From the NCBI GenBank assembly GCA_047967505.1, contig CM106538.1: a stretch of DNA of 64,000 nt, one strand, 5' to 3'. The position numbers were made by a program, and so were the translations under genes. This document shows positions 50,440-61,140 of the stretch, in pieces. Each line of letters opens with the position of its first letter. Positions within the stretch are counted from its first letter, which is position 1. The DNA comes from Dipteris shenzhenensis (Eukaryota). The notes under the pieces were generated by a model. The model was not told where the DNA came from. It searched no databases and was given only the letters and a program-made list of their open reading frames with translations.

Positions 50440-50925
50440 CCTGGGACACCAACTCAATATGTAATATGTTACTACCCTCATCCAAAATCTAGGGTATGGG
50501 GGGACAAGGTCCATATATAATATGCATGGATTTCCTTTAAAAAATTCAAATATGCAAGGAAAAAATATGAAAATTTCACGTTCCCCAACCTTCATAGTAT
50601 AAGATATATACCTTGAAAAATATGCAACATTTTAAGATTTGTACATATTTTTCATAATATGTGAGGCCCAAGGAGGGGGTCTTTTGGATGACGGGGGGGT
50701 AAAACAAAAATAACACTAAAATATGAAAACCCATCTCCTTTTAAATTAATGTAACTTTTTTATGTGTTACCCAAATTTCAAGGTGTAAAGACATATTTGA
50801 AGCTCTTTTAGTATAGAACACAACCATGTTAATTTGAATAATTTCTACTCATGGCATATTGTTAAATTCATCTCATACTTAAGATTTTGATGGGTTTTCT
50901 TACTAAATGGAGTTGGCGCCCCAGG
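50440..50925. mobile_element. MITE, 486 bp, 8-bp TSD (hAT-like)
   Basis: TSD GGCCTGAT at 50432-50439 and 50926-50933; TIRs CCTGGGACACCAACTC / GAGTTGGCGCCCCAGG; absent from the 5' LTR at the equivalent site. Confidence 0.9.
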
Positions 50926-52329
50926 GGCCTGATGTCTACCTCTCGCTCTCTCGCTCTCTCGAGATGTAGTCTCTGCTATTCACACAGCTTATGAATACAG
51001 CTTGTCTTTTGGTTTTCCCTTTGCTATGTATTGTTTACAGTAGGTTGTAGTAATTGTGATCAAATCAGTTTTTAACACTCTCAGCCTGCAGTTCTTCATA
51101 AGCAATGAGGAGCTCAAAGAACGGAACAGTACGCTGCCTCACCATTGGCTGTCCATTGGAGCAGCAAGGAGGCTTGTAGGGAAGGGCATCTACTCAGCCC
51201 ACTAAATCTCCTTGGGCAGATTTGGAGGTGCCAGGAGAAGATAGAAAAGTTTTGTGTGGCCGATGGTCCACATCTAGGCAGGACAATATCTGCTAGATGG
51301 TGGTACACTGCGCACCCCTTTATATGAGGTTCATTCATTGGAGCAATCTATTTTACTGTTTCTACTCTACTCTGCATGGGTCAATAAATGTGTGCGCATC
51401 TATCTCTACCTCCATTCACTTGTGTGCACAAAGGAAATAGAGTTAGATTTTAATTTAGCAGTGTGTGTTTCCTTGGCTATGTTTCTACACAATCTTCTGG
51501 CGCGGGAATGTTGCCTACAGAAAGCAAACTTGCTCATGAGCTTGGAGTTCTAAGTGAGTTGATAAGCGGTATTGTGACTCGTAGTCCTGGTCTAAAGCTA
51601 TGGAGCTTCCATTGGATATCTGATCCAAGTCTATGGAAAAATTTGTCGAGCCTATCCTCATCTTTCTATAATGAGATGGTTACCAAAGTGAGTGGTTCAT
51701 TGGTTCATTAGGACTTGCGTCCGTCCACATATTGTGGCAGCGGATCTGAGGCCTTGCAGTCATACTTGGTGAGCTCCTAATCCACATCATCGTAGTGATC
51801 TGTATGCCCTTATGCCACCAAGTAATTGCTTCCTTTTAAGAGGCAAGGATACACTTCTCGTTGTCCTTTGTTTGAACAACTCTCAAAGTGATTAAGCAAT
51901 GAAATGAGGGTTAAAGGATTGGTTTTTCAATCGTACTCCTTGAAATTGGAAAAGAAGACTTGGTGAGCTGTCAAACAGCTCCTCTTTCTCTGCTGTCTTT
52001 ATCGGAATGAAACATAGGAAGGCAGATCCATTCCTTTGCTTCATGGTCCAGGTTGTCTTTGGCTAATAAACTTCACCTGCATTGCGTCTTGCATCATGAA
52101 CATCATTGACAATGGGGAAAGTGGTGCTTTTATAGCAAGGAGTTCCCTTGAAAAGAGCAATCCATACTAGCAAGAGAACTGCATGATATCATGAGGGAGA
52201 AAAGCAAATAGCTTGGTATTACAAGGTATGCAGGGAGAGAACCCAGATTTTATGATGCAAGGGCTGGTCATCATTGGGGCACAATGATTGGCAAGGAAAC
52301 TTGAAAACAGTAGAGGCAAGTACATTGCA

Positions 52330-52650
52330 TGTACAATGGATGTGCCCTTAGAGCAACTATTGGGGTGGGCGCTCAGTTTCTGGTCACACCAGCTAGCCCT
52401 ACAAAACCCAGGTTGTTGGAAGACCGAAAATTGTGTCTGGGAACCAGAGGGGCGAGCAGTGCTGGTTCAGTTGTCTCTAGGGATGGTCTCCCTGCTAGTA
52501 GGCTCGGTCTATGGTGCCAAGCGCTCAAAGGAGAGCCGAGCTTTGAAATTGGTTGCAAGATGTTGAGAGTCAAAAGTTGTCTTGAAGGGGACTGGAACAT
52601 GATTCGGAATGAAGAGACAGATCGCATGACAGAAAGGATATGCTTCAAGT
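52330..52650 (+). pseudogene. LINE (L1-like) APE endonuclease remnant
   Basis: EGRAVLVQL...LLVGSVYG...ESR and LEGDWNMI resemble the GR..., VY.P and GDFN motifs. Confidence 0.55.
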
Positions 52651-52924
52651 AGAGGAGGCATGGCAAGACTGGACAGCAAGTTGCAACTGTTACTGCTCAG
52701 AGCTGATTCTTCTGGTTCTCTTTCATAGTTTACATGGTGGTGGTTTGTAATACAGCTTTCTCTGATCATCAGCCTATTGAGAGGGAGTTTTCGCTTCTGC
52801 AGGAAGGGGGCAAAGCTTATTTAAATATTCCTCTCAAGTTCAATCATTTTATGCTGAAGGATTCGGGGTGTCGTCACCCAATTCTCCTTGTTCTGTCATT
52901 CCCTTTCTAGGATTCTGTCAGGTG

Positions 52925-53102
52925 GACCAAGGGTTCCAAGTGCACCTTAACTTTGTCATTCACTTGAGCTGGTGCCACTGTACATGTACTGAATTTGGAG
53001 GATGCTGGACAGAGACCAAGGGTTCCAAGTGCACCTTAACTTTGTCATCCACTTGAGCTGGTGCCACTGTACATGTACTGAATTTGGAAGATGCTGAACA
53101 GC
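52925..53102. repeat. 89-bp tandem duplication
   Basis: GACCAAGGGTTCCAAGTGCACCTTAACTTTGTCAT... at 52925 and 53014, near identical. Confidence 0.92.
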
Positions 53103-53893
53103 AGGAATGGCCATCCCCTAAGGCCATCTACCTCCTCTGTCCCACAGCTTTACTAGCCAATATATCTCCCTGGTGAGTGTCCGCCAAGCTTGTAAAGGCT
53201 GGCTATGAAAGCTGATAAAAACTACCGTTATAGAATATCCAATGCAAGCATGGGCTCTAGGTGCTTCCAACCTGATTGCAATGTTGTATGCATTTTCTTG
53301 GAAGCTGCTTTCATAGCTGATTGCTTAGAGTGCTGTGTAGTAGTAGCTTGCAAAGCAGTGCGAGACACTGCTTTATTGTGATGTGCACGGACATGAACCT
53401 TATTTTTATTAGTTCGCCCAATTGGAGGTGATTGCTTCGTAATGGATTTACCTTAGGAATTCGTCAATCTTTGACGATCATGCAGTGTTACTTCAAATAT
53501 GCACAATCAATCGGGAAGAAACATTATTAATTAGAATAAGTACGAGTTGGCTGGAACAATAGTATGTATCTTGTGCACTTGCATCACGTCTACTAAGCTC
53601 CACTTTAATTAAAATGTAACTTCAATCTTTTTCGAACCGATCTGTTCAGTATTTCTAGAGGGATTTAAAACTTAGGCGATGGTTCGCATTGCACAGCTTG
53701 TGAAGGAATTGTGCATCACGTCTACTGTAATTATAATGTAATTTCGAAGCTAGAGGGATTTAAAACTTAAGGCGGTGGTCATTGCACAACTTAGGCGGTG
53801 GTTCGCAGTGCGCACTCTGGAGTTTGGGCAGAGAGCATCGGGATTCGAATTTCGGCTCATCGATGATGTAAGTTTCATGTAACTGGAATTACG

Positions 53894-54026
53894 CACGTGA
53901 GTATTACATTAAAGAATTCTCGATAGGCTCGCCGTGGAGTTCTATGTAATCCATAACAAAGTGCCACGTTGAGCGACGCCTCCGTCCATGATAGTGAGCA
54001 ATAGGTCGGTAAGGCGGTTGACGTGG
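53894..54026 (+). promoter_or_regulatory. Cluster of putative stress/ABA cis-elements upstream of the ERF gene
   Basis: G-box CACGTG 53894-53899; ABRE ACGTGGC on the minus strand 53963-53969; DRE core ACCGAC on the minus strand 54005-54010; TGACGTGG 54019-54026. Confidence 0.5.
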
Positions 54027-54174
54027 GTATCGGGACCTCTTTAACCACCAAGAGATCTTCAAATTCGGAGCATGGTCCTGATTCATAAACCATGATTGTT
54101 TCTTGAATTTTGCTCTACACTCGCTAGTCGATTTCACCTGGAAGCCTAAATTTAGTGGTCAATCAACGCTGCCA

Positions 54175-54750
54175 ATGAACATTTCCGAGGGTGCAAGGCC
54201 CTCAAGGGTGAACGCTTCTAGACCCGGGTACCGTGGAGTTCGCCAGCGTTCTTGGGGGAAATGGGTTTCCGAAATTCGAGAGCCCCATAAGCGGTCTCGT
54301 ATCTGGTTGGGCTCCTATCACACGCCCGAGGCTGCTGCTCGTGCTTACGATACCGCCCTCGTTTACCTTAGAGGACCTTCTGCTCAGCTCAATTTTCCAG
54401 ACTCCCCGCCTCAGATCCCAGCTGCAGCCAGTTATCCGGCGTTGTCGCCCAAGGCCATTCAGCGAGCCGCTTTAGCTGAGGGCGCAAGATATGACAGAAT
54501 GGGCGCCAGTCCGTCGAACTTTCGCATTGAGAATCATCCCTCGACGTTGAATGACAATCAGCTCCCCATTGCGCCCTTAGCTGAAGAGATTACGGGTTCT
54601 TCTTCGCAAGGAGCTCCTCACTGTCTTACCTGGGCGTCGACGGATTCGAGCGAATCGCAGTTTCCGACAACGCGAAACCGGCCTTCAACCAGCGAGGCCC
54701 CGAACGACGAGGAAGGTTTCTTGGAGCTAGAGGAACTATTTAGAACGTAG
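54175..54750 (+). CDS. AP2/ERF transcription factor, DREB subfamily (probably A-5/group II), 191 aa, intronless
   Basis: AP2 domain [57 protein letters not shown] with DREB-type V14/E19; downstream [10 protein letters not shown] motif; acidic C-terminus; first ATG at 54175. Confidence 0.95.
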   Translation: MNISEGARPSRVNASRPGYRGVRQRSWGKWVSEIREPHKRSRIWLGSYHTPEAAARAYDTALVYLRGPSAQLNFPDSPPQIPAAASYPALSPKAIQRAALAEGARYDRMGASPSNFRIENHPSTLNDNQLPIAPLAEEITGSSSQGAPHCLTWASTDSSESQFPTTRNRPSTSEAPNDEEGFLELEELFRT

Positions 54751-54949
54751 TGAAGAGAAGAGGGCTTATGAGTCGTTCTTCGCATGCGGCCTCTATTCTC
54801 CATAGCTGGGCGACGTACTTCGCACCCAGACCGTCGTATTTGCAAGGTTCGACATACCAACTAGTTGTGTTGCAATGGCATTTAAGCACTCATAATATGT
54901 TGATAGCATAGGCAGCTCTGTAAAGACATTAGAATTGAATTGAGCAAGC

Positions 54950-55258
54950 GCGAGAGAGAGAGAGATATATATATATATATATATATTTACAAAGAGAATG
55001 TAGTGTGTGTGTATGAGAGACTACTTTCACTAAAAGAGTGTGTACAATGAGATTGTAGTGTGTGTGTGAGAGAGAAGAAGAAGAAGAAGAAGAAGAATAT
55101 ATTATCGTCCTCTGAAGACCAAAAATCGGCCTATGGGACTTGAAACAATACAAAACCTTACATACATAAAGACTCCTCCCTCAAAGGGGAGGGTAATAAG
55201 AGAAACTACCTTTATGTCTGGGTGAGTTTTTGTGCTTGAAAAGCTTAGATACAAATGT

Positions 55259-55301
<43 letters not shown>
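54950..55301. repeat. Microsatellite cluster (GA)n(TA)n, (GT)n, (GAA)n, (GA)n downstream of the ERF gene
   Basis: Direct reading. Confidence 0.9.
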
Positions 55302-55307
<6 letters not shown>

Positions 55308-56303
55308 TGGCTGGCACCTATGAGTTTAGCATAAGAGTATTATAATGTATGCTTTTTTTTTTGGTTTAGGTCCCACTCTTAGAATTCTTAATAAAATTTC
55401 CATTCTTTAAATTTTAAAGCCTTTTTTTTTCACAAAGATTAGAATTTATCAAAAGGAAAGAACGCTTGCTCGGACCATCCCTTGCCAGCCCGTCGTGCCC
55501 ACTGCCCAATTGCATTTAGCCATGCCCAGGCATGGTTTTGAAATCCTCTGGATTAGAGAGTTGTGCGTTTTCTAGGTTGAATTTAGTTGCACCTCATCGC
55601 CAATCAACTCGCATTTAAAACCACACACCCTTAATGATGTATCGTAGTAAGCATTTCATTGAATTACTTATGCTAGTCTCGTGACCCTTTTTTTAAATGA
55701 AAACATTGCTTTGCTTTGAGATGTAACCTTCATGTTGAGTTTATTTTTTGTACAACCTTCTTTATGAGTTTTTTGTTTTTGGTTAAAACTAGTGTATGTG
55801 TGCTCTCATTGCTCCTTGCATTGATGTGTCAAATTTTACATGGTTGTGGATCATCTGAAAGTATGATAATTGGTGAAATACTCAATTATTGTTGTATTCT
55901 TGTCAACTTAAACAAATTAAAAAAAAGGCTAGTTTTGCTAAGAGAGATTACACCTAGTACAAACATATACTTTCAAATAAGATTTTCTTTTGAATACATA
56001 ATCTATGCTTGAATTCTTTCCAAAAAAAATAAAAATTACTAGCAAAGAAAATTGAGATTGATATTTATGAGACTTGGTAACTCCCGCTCTTTGATATTTA
56101 TATATATATTCATTGCATCAAAATCGGTGAAATAAGATAGGATCGCCTTGTTGGATTTTTGGGTGCTTCTCTTAAGTGTAGAAATAAGGATCTTTCTAAT
56201 GAATCTTGAGCTAACACTTCTGGGCTCAAACTTAAATCGAAAGAGTACACCGATTGAAAGAATGTGCAACTGAAGAGAGCCCTTGAACAAAGGACGATGA
56301 GAG

Positions 56304-58760
56304 TGTTGGTAAATTGAAAAGAAAGAGTAGAGTGGACACAAACTCAGAATACTTGCATTATGGAATGAAGAAGAGTGAGGTCCTTATGTAGGTACCTCTT
56401 ACATGCTCATTGACATCACTGATGACTTCAGAGCTTTACAATCATCTCCTCAATCTGCTCCTAGATTCTCTCAATCATCCTATGTGGCTTTCCACCACCT
56501 AACTGTGCTTATGGGCACCTAACTGTGTCTCTAGCACTCACACATAGAAACCAAGGTGTGCCTGAGGCATACACCTTGAGATATCCCAACAAACCCCCCC
56601 TCAAGGGAATGCCTCAGGCTATGTCAAGGATACAGCTAGCACAAGGTGTCTCATGCCATCTCATGGTGGTCATGGATCTATCAATGGCTAGGATCTCAAG
56701 CTAGCAAGGGTTCCCATGGGTGTAAGGTAAACAAAAGGGATACAAAAAGACCTTCCAATGGTTATCTCCCCTGCATTTAAAATGCATAATCTTCAAAGGA
56801 TGCCTCATCTTGTGGAGGCACATCAACTGAAAGTAGATTGGCATTTTCTGTCTTTCATTTTGGCTCTGCAAAACTTCTCATGATGATTGTTTTTGCCACA
56901 GTGTTTGCATGGATTGATTTTGAAGCAGTCCTTTGAAAGGTGATTTGTCTTTTCACAATGATTGCAAGGTGTAAACTTGCCCTTCTGGGTTTTTACAGCA
57001 TAAGCTGTGTCATTGCCTTTCCTGAGCTCCATGTGCCTTTCTTCTTCTTAGAGAGCAGAGATAATACCTTCAAGATTAGGATTAGGAAGATTTTTCAAAG
57101 TGGTAACAATATGATCATAATCTTCAGGCATACTCTTAAGCAACACTGCCATAGCATCATCTGTAGTGATAGGAGAGTTGATAGAAGCAAGTTGAGTCAT
57201 AAGACTCCGCATGTAATTGACATGGGCTGCCAAAGCAGTGCCTTTAACCATCTTCAATTCAAAGAAAGAGATTTTAAGTGATAATTTAGAGATGTGAGAG
57301 CTAGCACCAAAAATCATGTCAAGCTTCTGCCAAGCTTCTGAAGGAGACTCTAAGTCAGAGATGTGATGAATATAATCATCTCCTAAAGCAAGAGCAATGA
57401 TACCATATGCTTTCTCCTCTCTAGTGAGATCCCTTGTAGGGAGTGTCGGAGCTGAGGATTCTCCAGCATTGGAGGCTGTAGAAGAAGAGGTTGAAGTCGG
57501 TTTGACAAGTCCCCAGAGGTTTTTCCTCATCAATGCAAATTTTACCTTCATCTGCCATGTGTGTAAGCCCTTTCCATTGAACTTATCTATATTCAATATG
57601 GTAGCCATGAGAGGGTCTAACCCAAGTATTGGGCAGTGTCTTCTCTCTTACAAGGCTAGAATAACAACTGAAAGGCTTCCAAATATAAGCATTTAATGTA
57701 GCAAAGACTAGTGACCAAAATTCAATCAATGATGCTTTTTCTTACATGCTTCATAGAGGTGGCTAAAATGAAAGCTTTCCAATTAAAACCAGGTATAGCA
57801 ACTCAAAGCAAAGCTGAAGCCACAGTTGTACTGATGTTATTGAAAACTTCAAAAACTTAGAAATGCTAGAGTAGCATCTTATGTAGCATCATCTTCAAAA
57901 ACTTATCAAAACTGTCAAAATCAAAAGATCGAACTTGGAGGGCTTGTATCTCACTCTTCAAAGCAAGGAAAAGAGGGCTTTCTGAAGCAAAAGAAAGCTC
58001 ATATACCAGAGAAGATCCAGCACAGCGGTTGGGCGAAATGGCGTACTGTTTTGCCCGGGGGAGTTGCTGCAGGTTGAACCTGAGTTCTGACGATTTCTCC
58101 TTCATTACTGAACCAAATGAGCTGAAAAATGACTCAAAATGTTCATCTTGAGGTCGCCCATCTACTCCTAAGAGGGCTCGAGCAATGGCGCAGCAAGCAG
58201 GGAGTATTTTGCAACAGAAGAATGACGAAAAAATGCGATGTTTGAAGAATGGCAACCATCAGAGACGTTTTTTTTTCAATTGCTTGCAGGTGGAGGTTCG
58301 CCCAAACGAGGGGTATCTCCAGCAGGAAGGGCTTGGAGAATGGCGGAGAATTGAGGGAGAACAGGCTTTAGCAAGATTTGGGAAGAAAGAGGAGAAATGG
58401 TGAAGATAAAGAAGAAGAAGAAGATGATGTGGCAGAAATGGGCTCAAGGGGGATCAAAGGGCTCTGATACCATGTTGGTAAACTGAAAAGAAAGAGTAGA
58501 GTGGACACAAACTCAGAATACTTGCATTATGGAATGAGGAAGAGTGAGGTCCTTATGTAGGCACCTCTTACATGCTCACTGACATCACTGATGACTTCAG
58601 AGCTCCACAATCATCTCCTCAATCTGCTCCTAGATTCTCTCAATCATCCTATGTGGCTTAACACCACCTAACTGTGCTTATGGGCACCTAACTGTGCCTC
58701 TAGCACTCACACATAGAAACCAAGGTGTGCTTGAGGCATACACCTTGAGATATCCCAACA
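56304..58760 (-). mobile_element. Gag-only LTR element, family A copy 2, 2457 bp
   Basis: 288-bp LTRs 58473-58760 (5') and 56304-56591 (3'), ~10 differences; TSD GAGAG (56299-56303, 58761-58765); PBS 58461-58472; PPT ~56594-56602; collinear with 4837-7481. Confidence 0.95.
56777..57608 (-). pseudogene. gag: Copia-type Gag, family A copy 2
   Basis: Homologous to 5984-6814; CAA>TAA stop at 57048; 1-bp frameshift near 56855; two CCHC knuckles. Confidence 0.92.
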
Positions 58761-58765
58761 GAGAG

Positions 58766-61140
58766 GTGTATCTGAATAGAGCCCCTGAACAAAGGACAGG
58801 AGTTATGGGCCATAACATCCACTTATGGTCGCATCGACAAACCAAACAAGTTGCATCGGGTCAAAGGATTCATCTGGGCGAACTTTGCCAACATGCAATT
58901 AACGACACTTACTCGCCTAACAGGTGCAGGACAAGTCTTGTAAGTATAGGTGCAAGACAAGTCTTGTAAGTACGGTGGGTAGTACACATTGTGAATGTCA
59001 AGTAGTTAGCTTAGTATAAAAGGATAGAGAGTCTGAGGTGCTATGATCCAAGACTTTTGTAGCTGAGGCTACTTGTGTGTGAGGGTAGACAGAGTGCTAT
59101 TGTATCTAGGTGTTTGGCTCCCCATTTCCTTAAGTAAACATCCATCTTTGCACCATTTCTCTATCTTTCCTTTTTCACTATTTAATACTCACCATAGGAG
59201 CACATTTTCACCATTTGTCTCACATTCACTTGCCTGTCTGATTATCTGGAAAAGGAAACCGTCTTGCCACCCAAACGAACAAAGGACTCATGGGACAACC
59301 AATTGACTCGATAATGCGTAGTAATGTTAGGAGTTCGGAGTTAGCACTTCGACATTAACATTTGGTGATCCTACGAGGGAGTATAATTTGAATGCGCTAG
59401 AGAAGCTAATGGAGACCGAACAAAAGAGCAAGAAGTCAGTGGAGGTACGCATACAACAACAGCAAATGTTTGCGGAGATCGATACCCGCATAGGGAGAAG
59501 TCTCATCTAGAGACAGAAAAGGGGAGATAGGAGAAGAATACTAAGATGAAAGACGGAAGGGAAGACATGACGGAAACAAAGAGGAAGGCAGCGATGGCAT
59601 TCGATCCAAGCAAGATGAGAGAGGGGATTGATTCTCAACGTCACCAAACACACTGAGGAGCCGATGGTAAGGATCAAGTTTTCAAACTTAAAAGGGAGTG
59701 AGGGAGAGCATTCCCATTCTCATGTTCAATTGTTAAGAATTGTTGTGATCACTCGGGAGTACTTATTGTACACGTTCACCATTTTAGAAAAGGGGAACAT
59801 GGAATCTCGAAAGAAAAAGAAGCCACCCGTTCAAGAGGCTAAGAGCAAAGACGAAGAAGAGAAGAACAAGAGGTGGTGCCCCAAAAAGAAAACCAAAAAA
59901 CTCCTAAAAGAAGTGGGCGTCCAAGGAAACCTAGAGAAGGGTGAGTCCTAGTGCCACAAATGCAAAATCCAGGGTCATACAACGGATGAGTATTGATTGG
60001 CCGTTGGTGTGAAATCTGCAATAGCTCAGCCCAGGACACCGAAGACTATTGGTACAAAAAATTAAAGAGAATGGTCCACAAAGTGGAATAGGAGCCAAGA
60101 AGGGCCTACTAAGGTGAAAGGTCGACGAACCCCATTACAAAGTGTTTCTTCTATGGGAAGGAGGGACACCAAAAAAATAAGTGTCTATTGTGAAAGAAGC
60201 AGCTAGAGCTACTACAAAATGTGAAAGAGGCCAAAAGAGCAACTGTTTTGTTGGAAGGAGGAAAAGAAGATGGTGACAAAGATCAACCATGAGCTGAAGT
60301 AGCAGGAGCCATTGGTCGAAATGGACTCATCCACAGATGAGGCTAAAAGGCCATTGGAGCATGGATGATTTTTTCATGTTGGCTTCGTCAAGAAGTGAAA
60401 CTTTTATATTGGCATCGAAAGTTTATATGCCCTAATAAAAATAAAAACTTAAAACATTCGCCAAGATTTGAAACCTTTATGCAAAAGTTTTAAAACTTTC
60501 AGCAGGATTTACATATTTTACTTATAAATTCAAAAGAAAAAATATAAAATCATACTACCTTTTGTCAACTTGGTGAAATTAAAAATTTTAGCTTGATACA
60601 CTTTGGCCAAGATTTTAAAGTATAGCTTCAATAAAAAGTGGAGTGAACACAAATCAATACAGCCTAGCAAAGTTGTGTGAGCTAAATGTGACGACTCCAA
60701 TCTACCACTTGCTTCCTATCGCACAAAATTTCTCAAAGTTCGGTGATGGAGCACGAGCCGCAGCCATAGCCCTAGTGCCATGTATCGAATTGACCAAAAT
60801 AGAAGTACGAGTGATTGATGTCAAAACTCCAAAATCACATGGTCAAGGGCGTGATAGTCGATGGAGACTTGGGCATCAACATCCTCTCAGACGAAGTCTG
60901 ACAAAGCTCAATTTAAGCAACTTACAGTCTTTGCTGTTTAGAATCCAGATGGCTAACCAAAGACTAGTCATGCTCGTTGGCATGTTCAAACATGTCTACA
61001 TGGGGCCTGCTTTACCATAACGTTCATTGTGGTGAAGATGGAGAATGGAGGTACCCCATGTTGCTAGGATGACCATGGCTCAAAGGTGCCAAAGTACTAC
61101 ATGATTGGGGAGGGGAGTCTCTCACACTAACACAAGAGGA
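58766..61140 (+). mobile_element. Highly degenerate Gypsy-like remnant (LTR-like segment, gag knuckles, protease end)
   Basis: LTR-end/PBS-like TTAACA-TT-TGGTGATCC ~59355-59372; knuckle-like WCEICNSSAQDTED and KCFFYGKEGHQKNKC; YPMLLG.PWLKGAKVLHDWG ~61050-61110. The repeat GAGCCC(T/C)TGAACAAAGGAC flanks both sides of the family A insertion. Confidence 0.6.

Larger units (their letters stand above)
48532..51077 (+). mobile_element. Gag-only Copia-type LTR element, family B
   Basis: LTRs 48532-48904 and 50204-51077 (the latter interrupted by a MITE); TSD CTCTC (48527-48531, 51078-51082); PBS TGGTATCAGAGC at 48907-48918; PPT GAGGGGGG at 50196-50203; ~1.3-kb interior with gag only. Confidence 0.92.

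Noticed and set aside
54103-54174. N-terminal extensions from non-ATG starts in the ORF track (also 5912-5983)
   Set aside because: Eukaryotic context; the first in-frame ATGs are 54175 and 5984.
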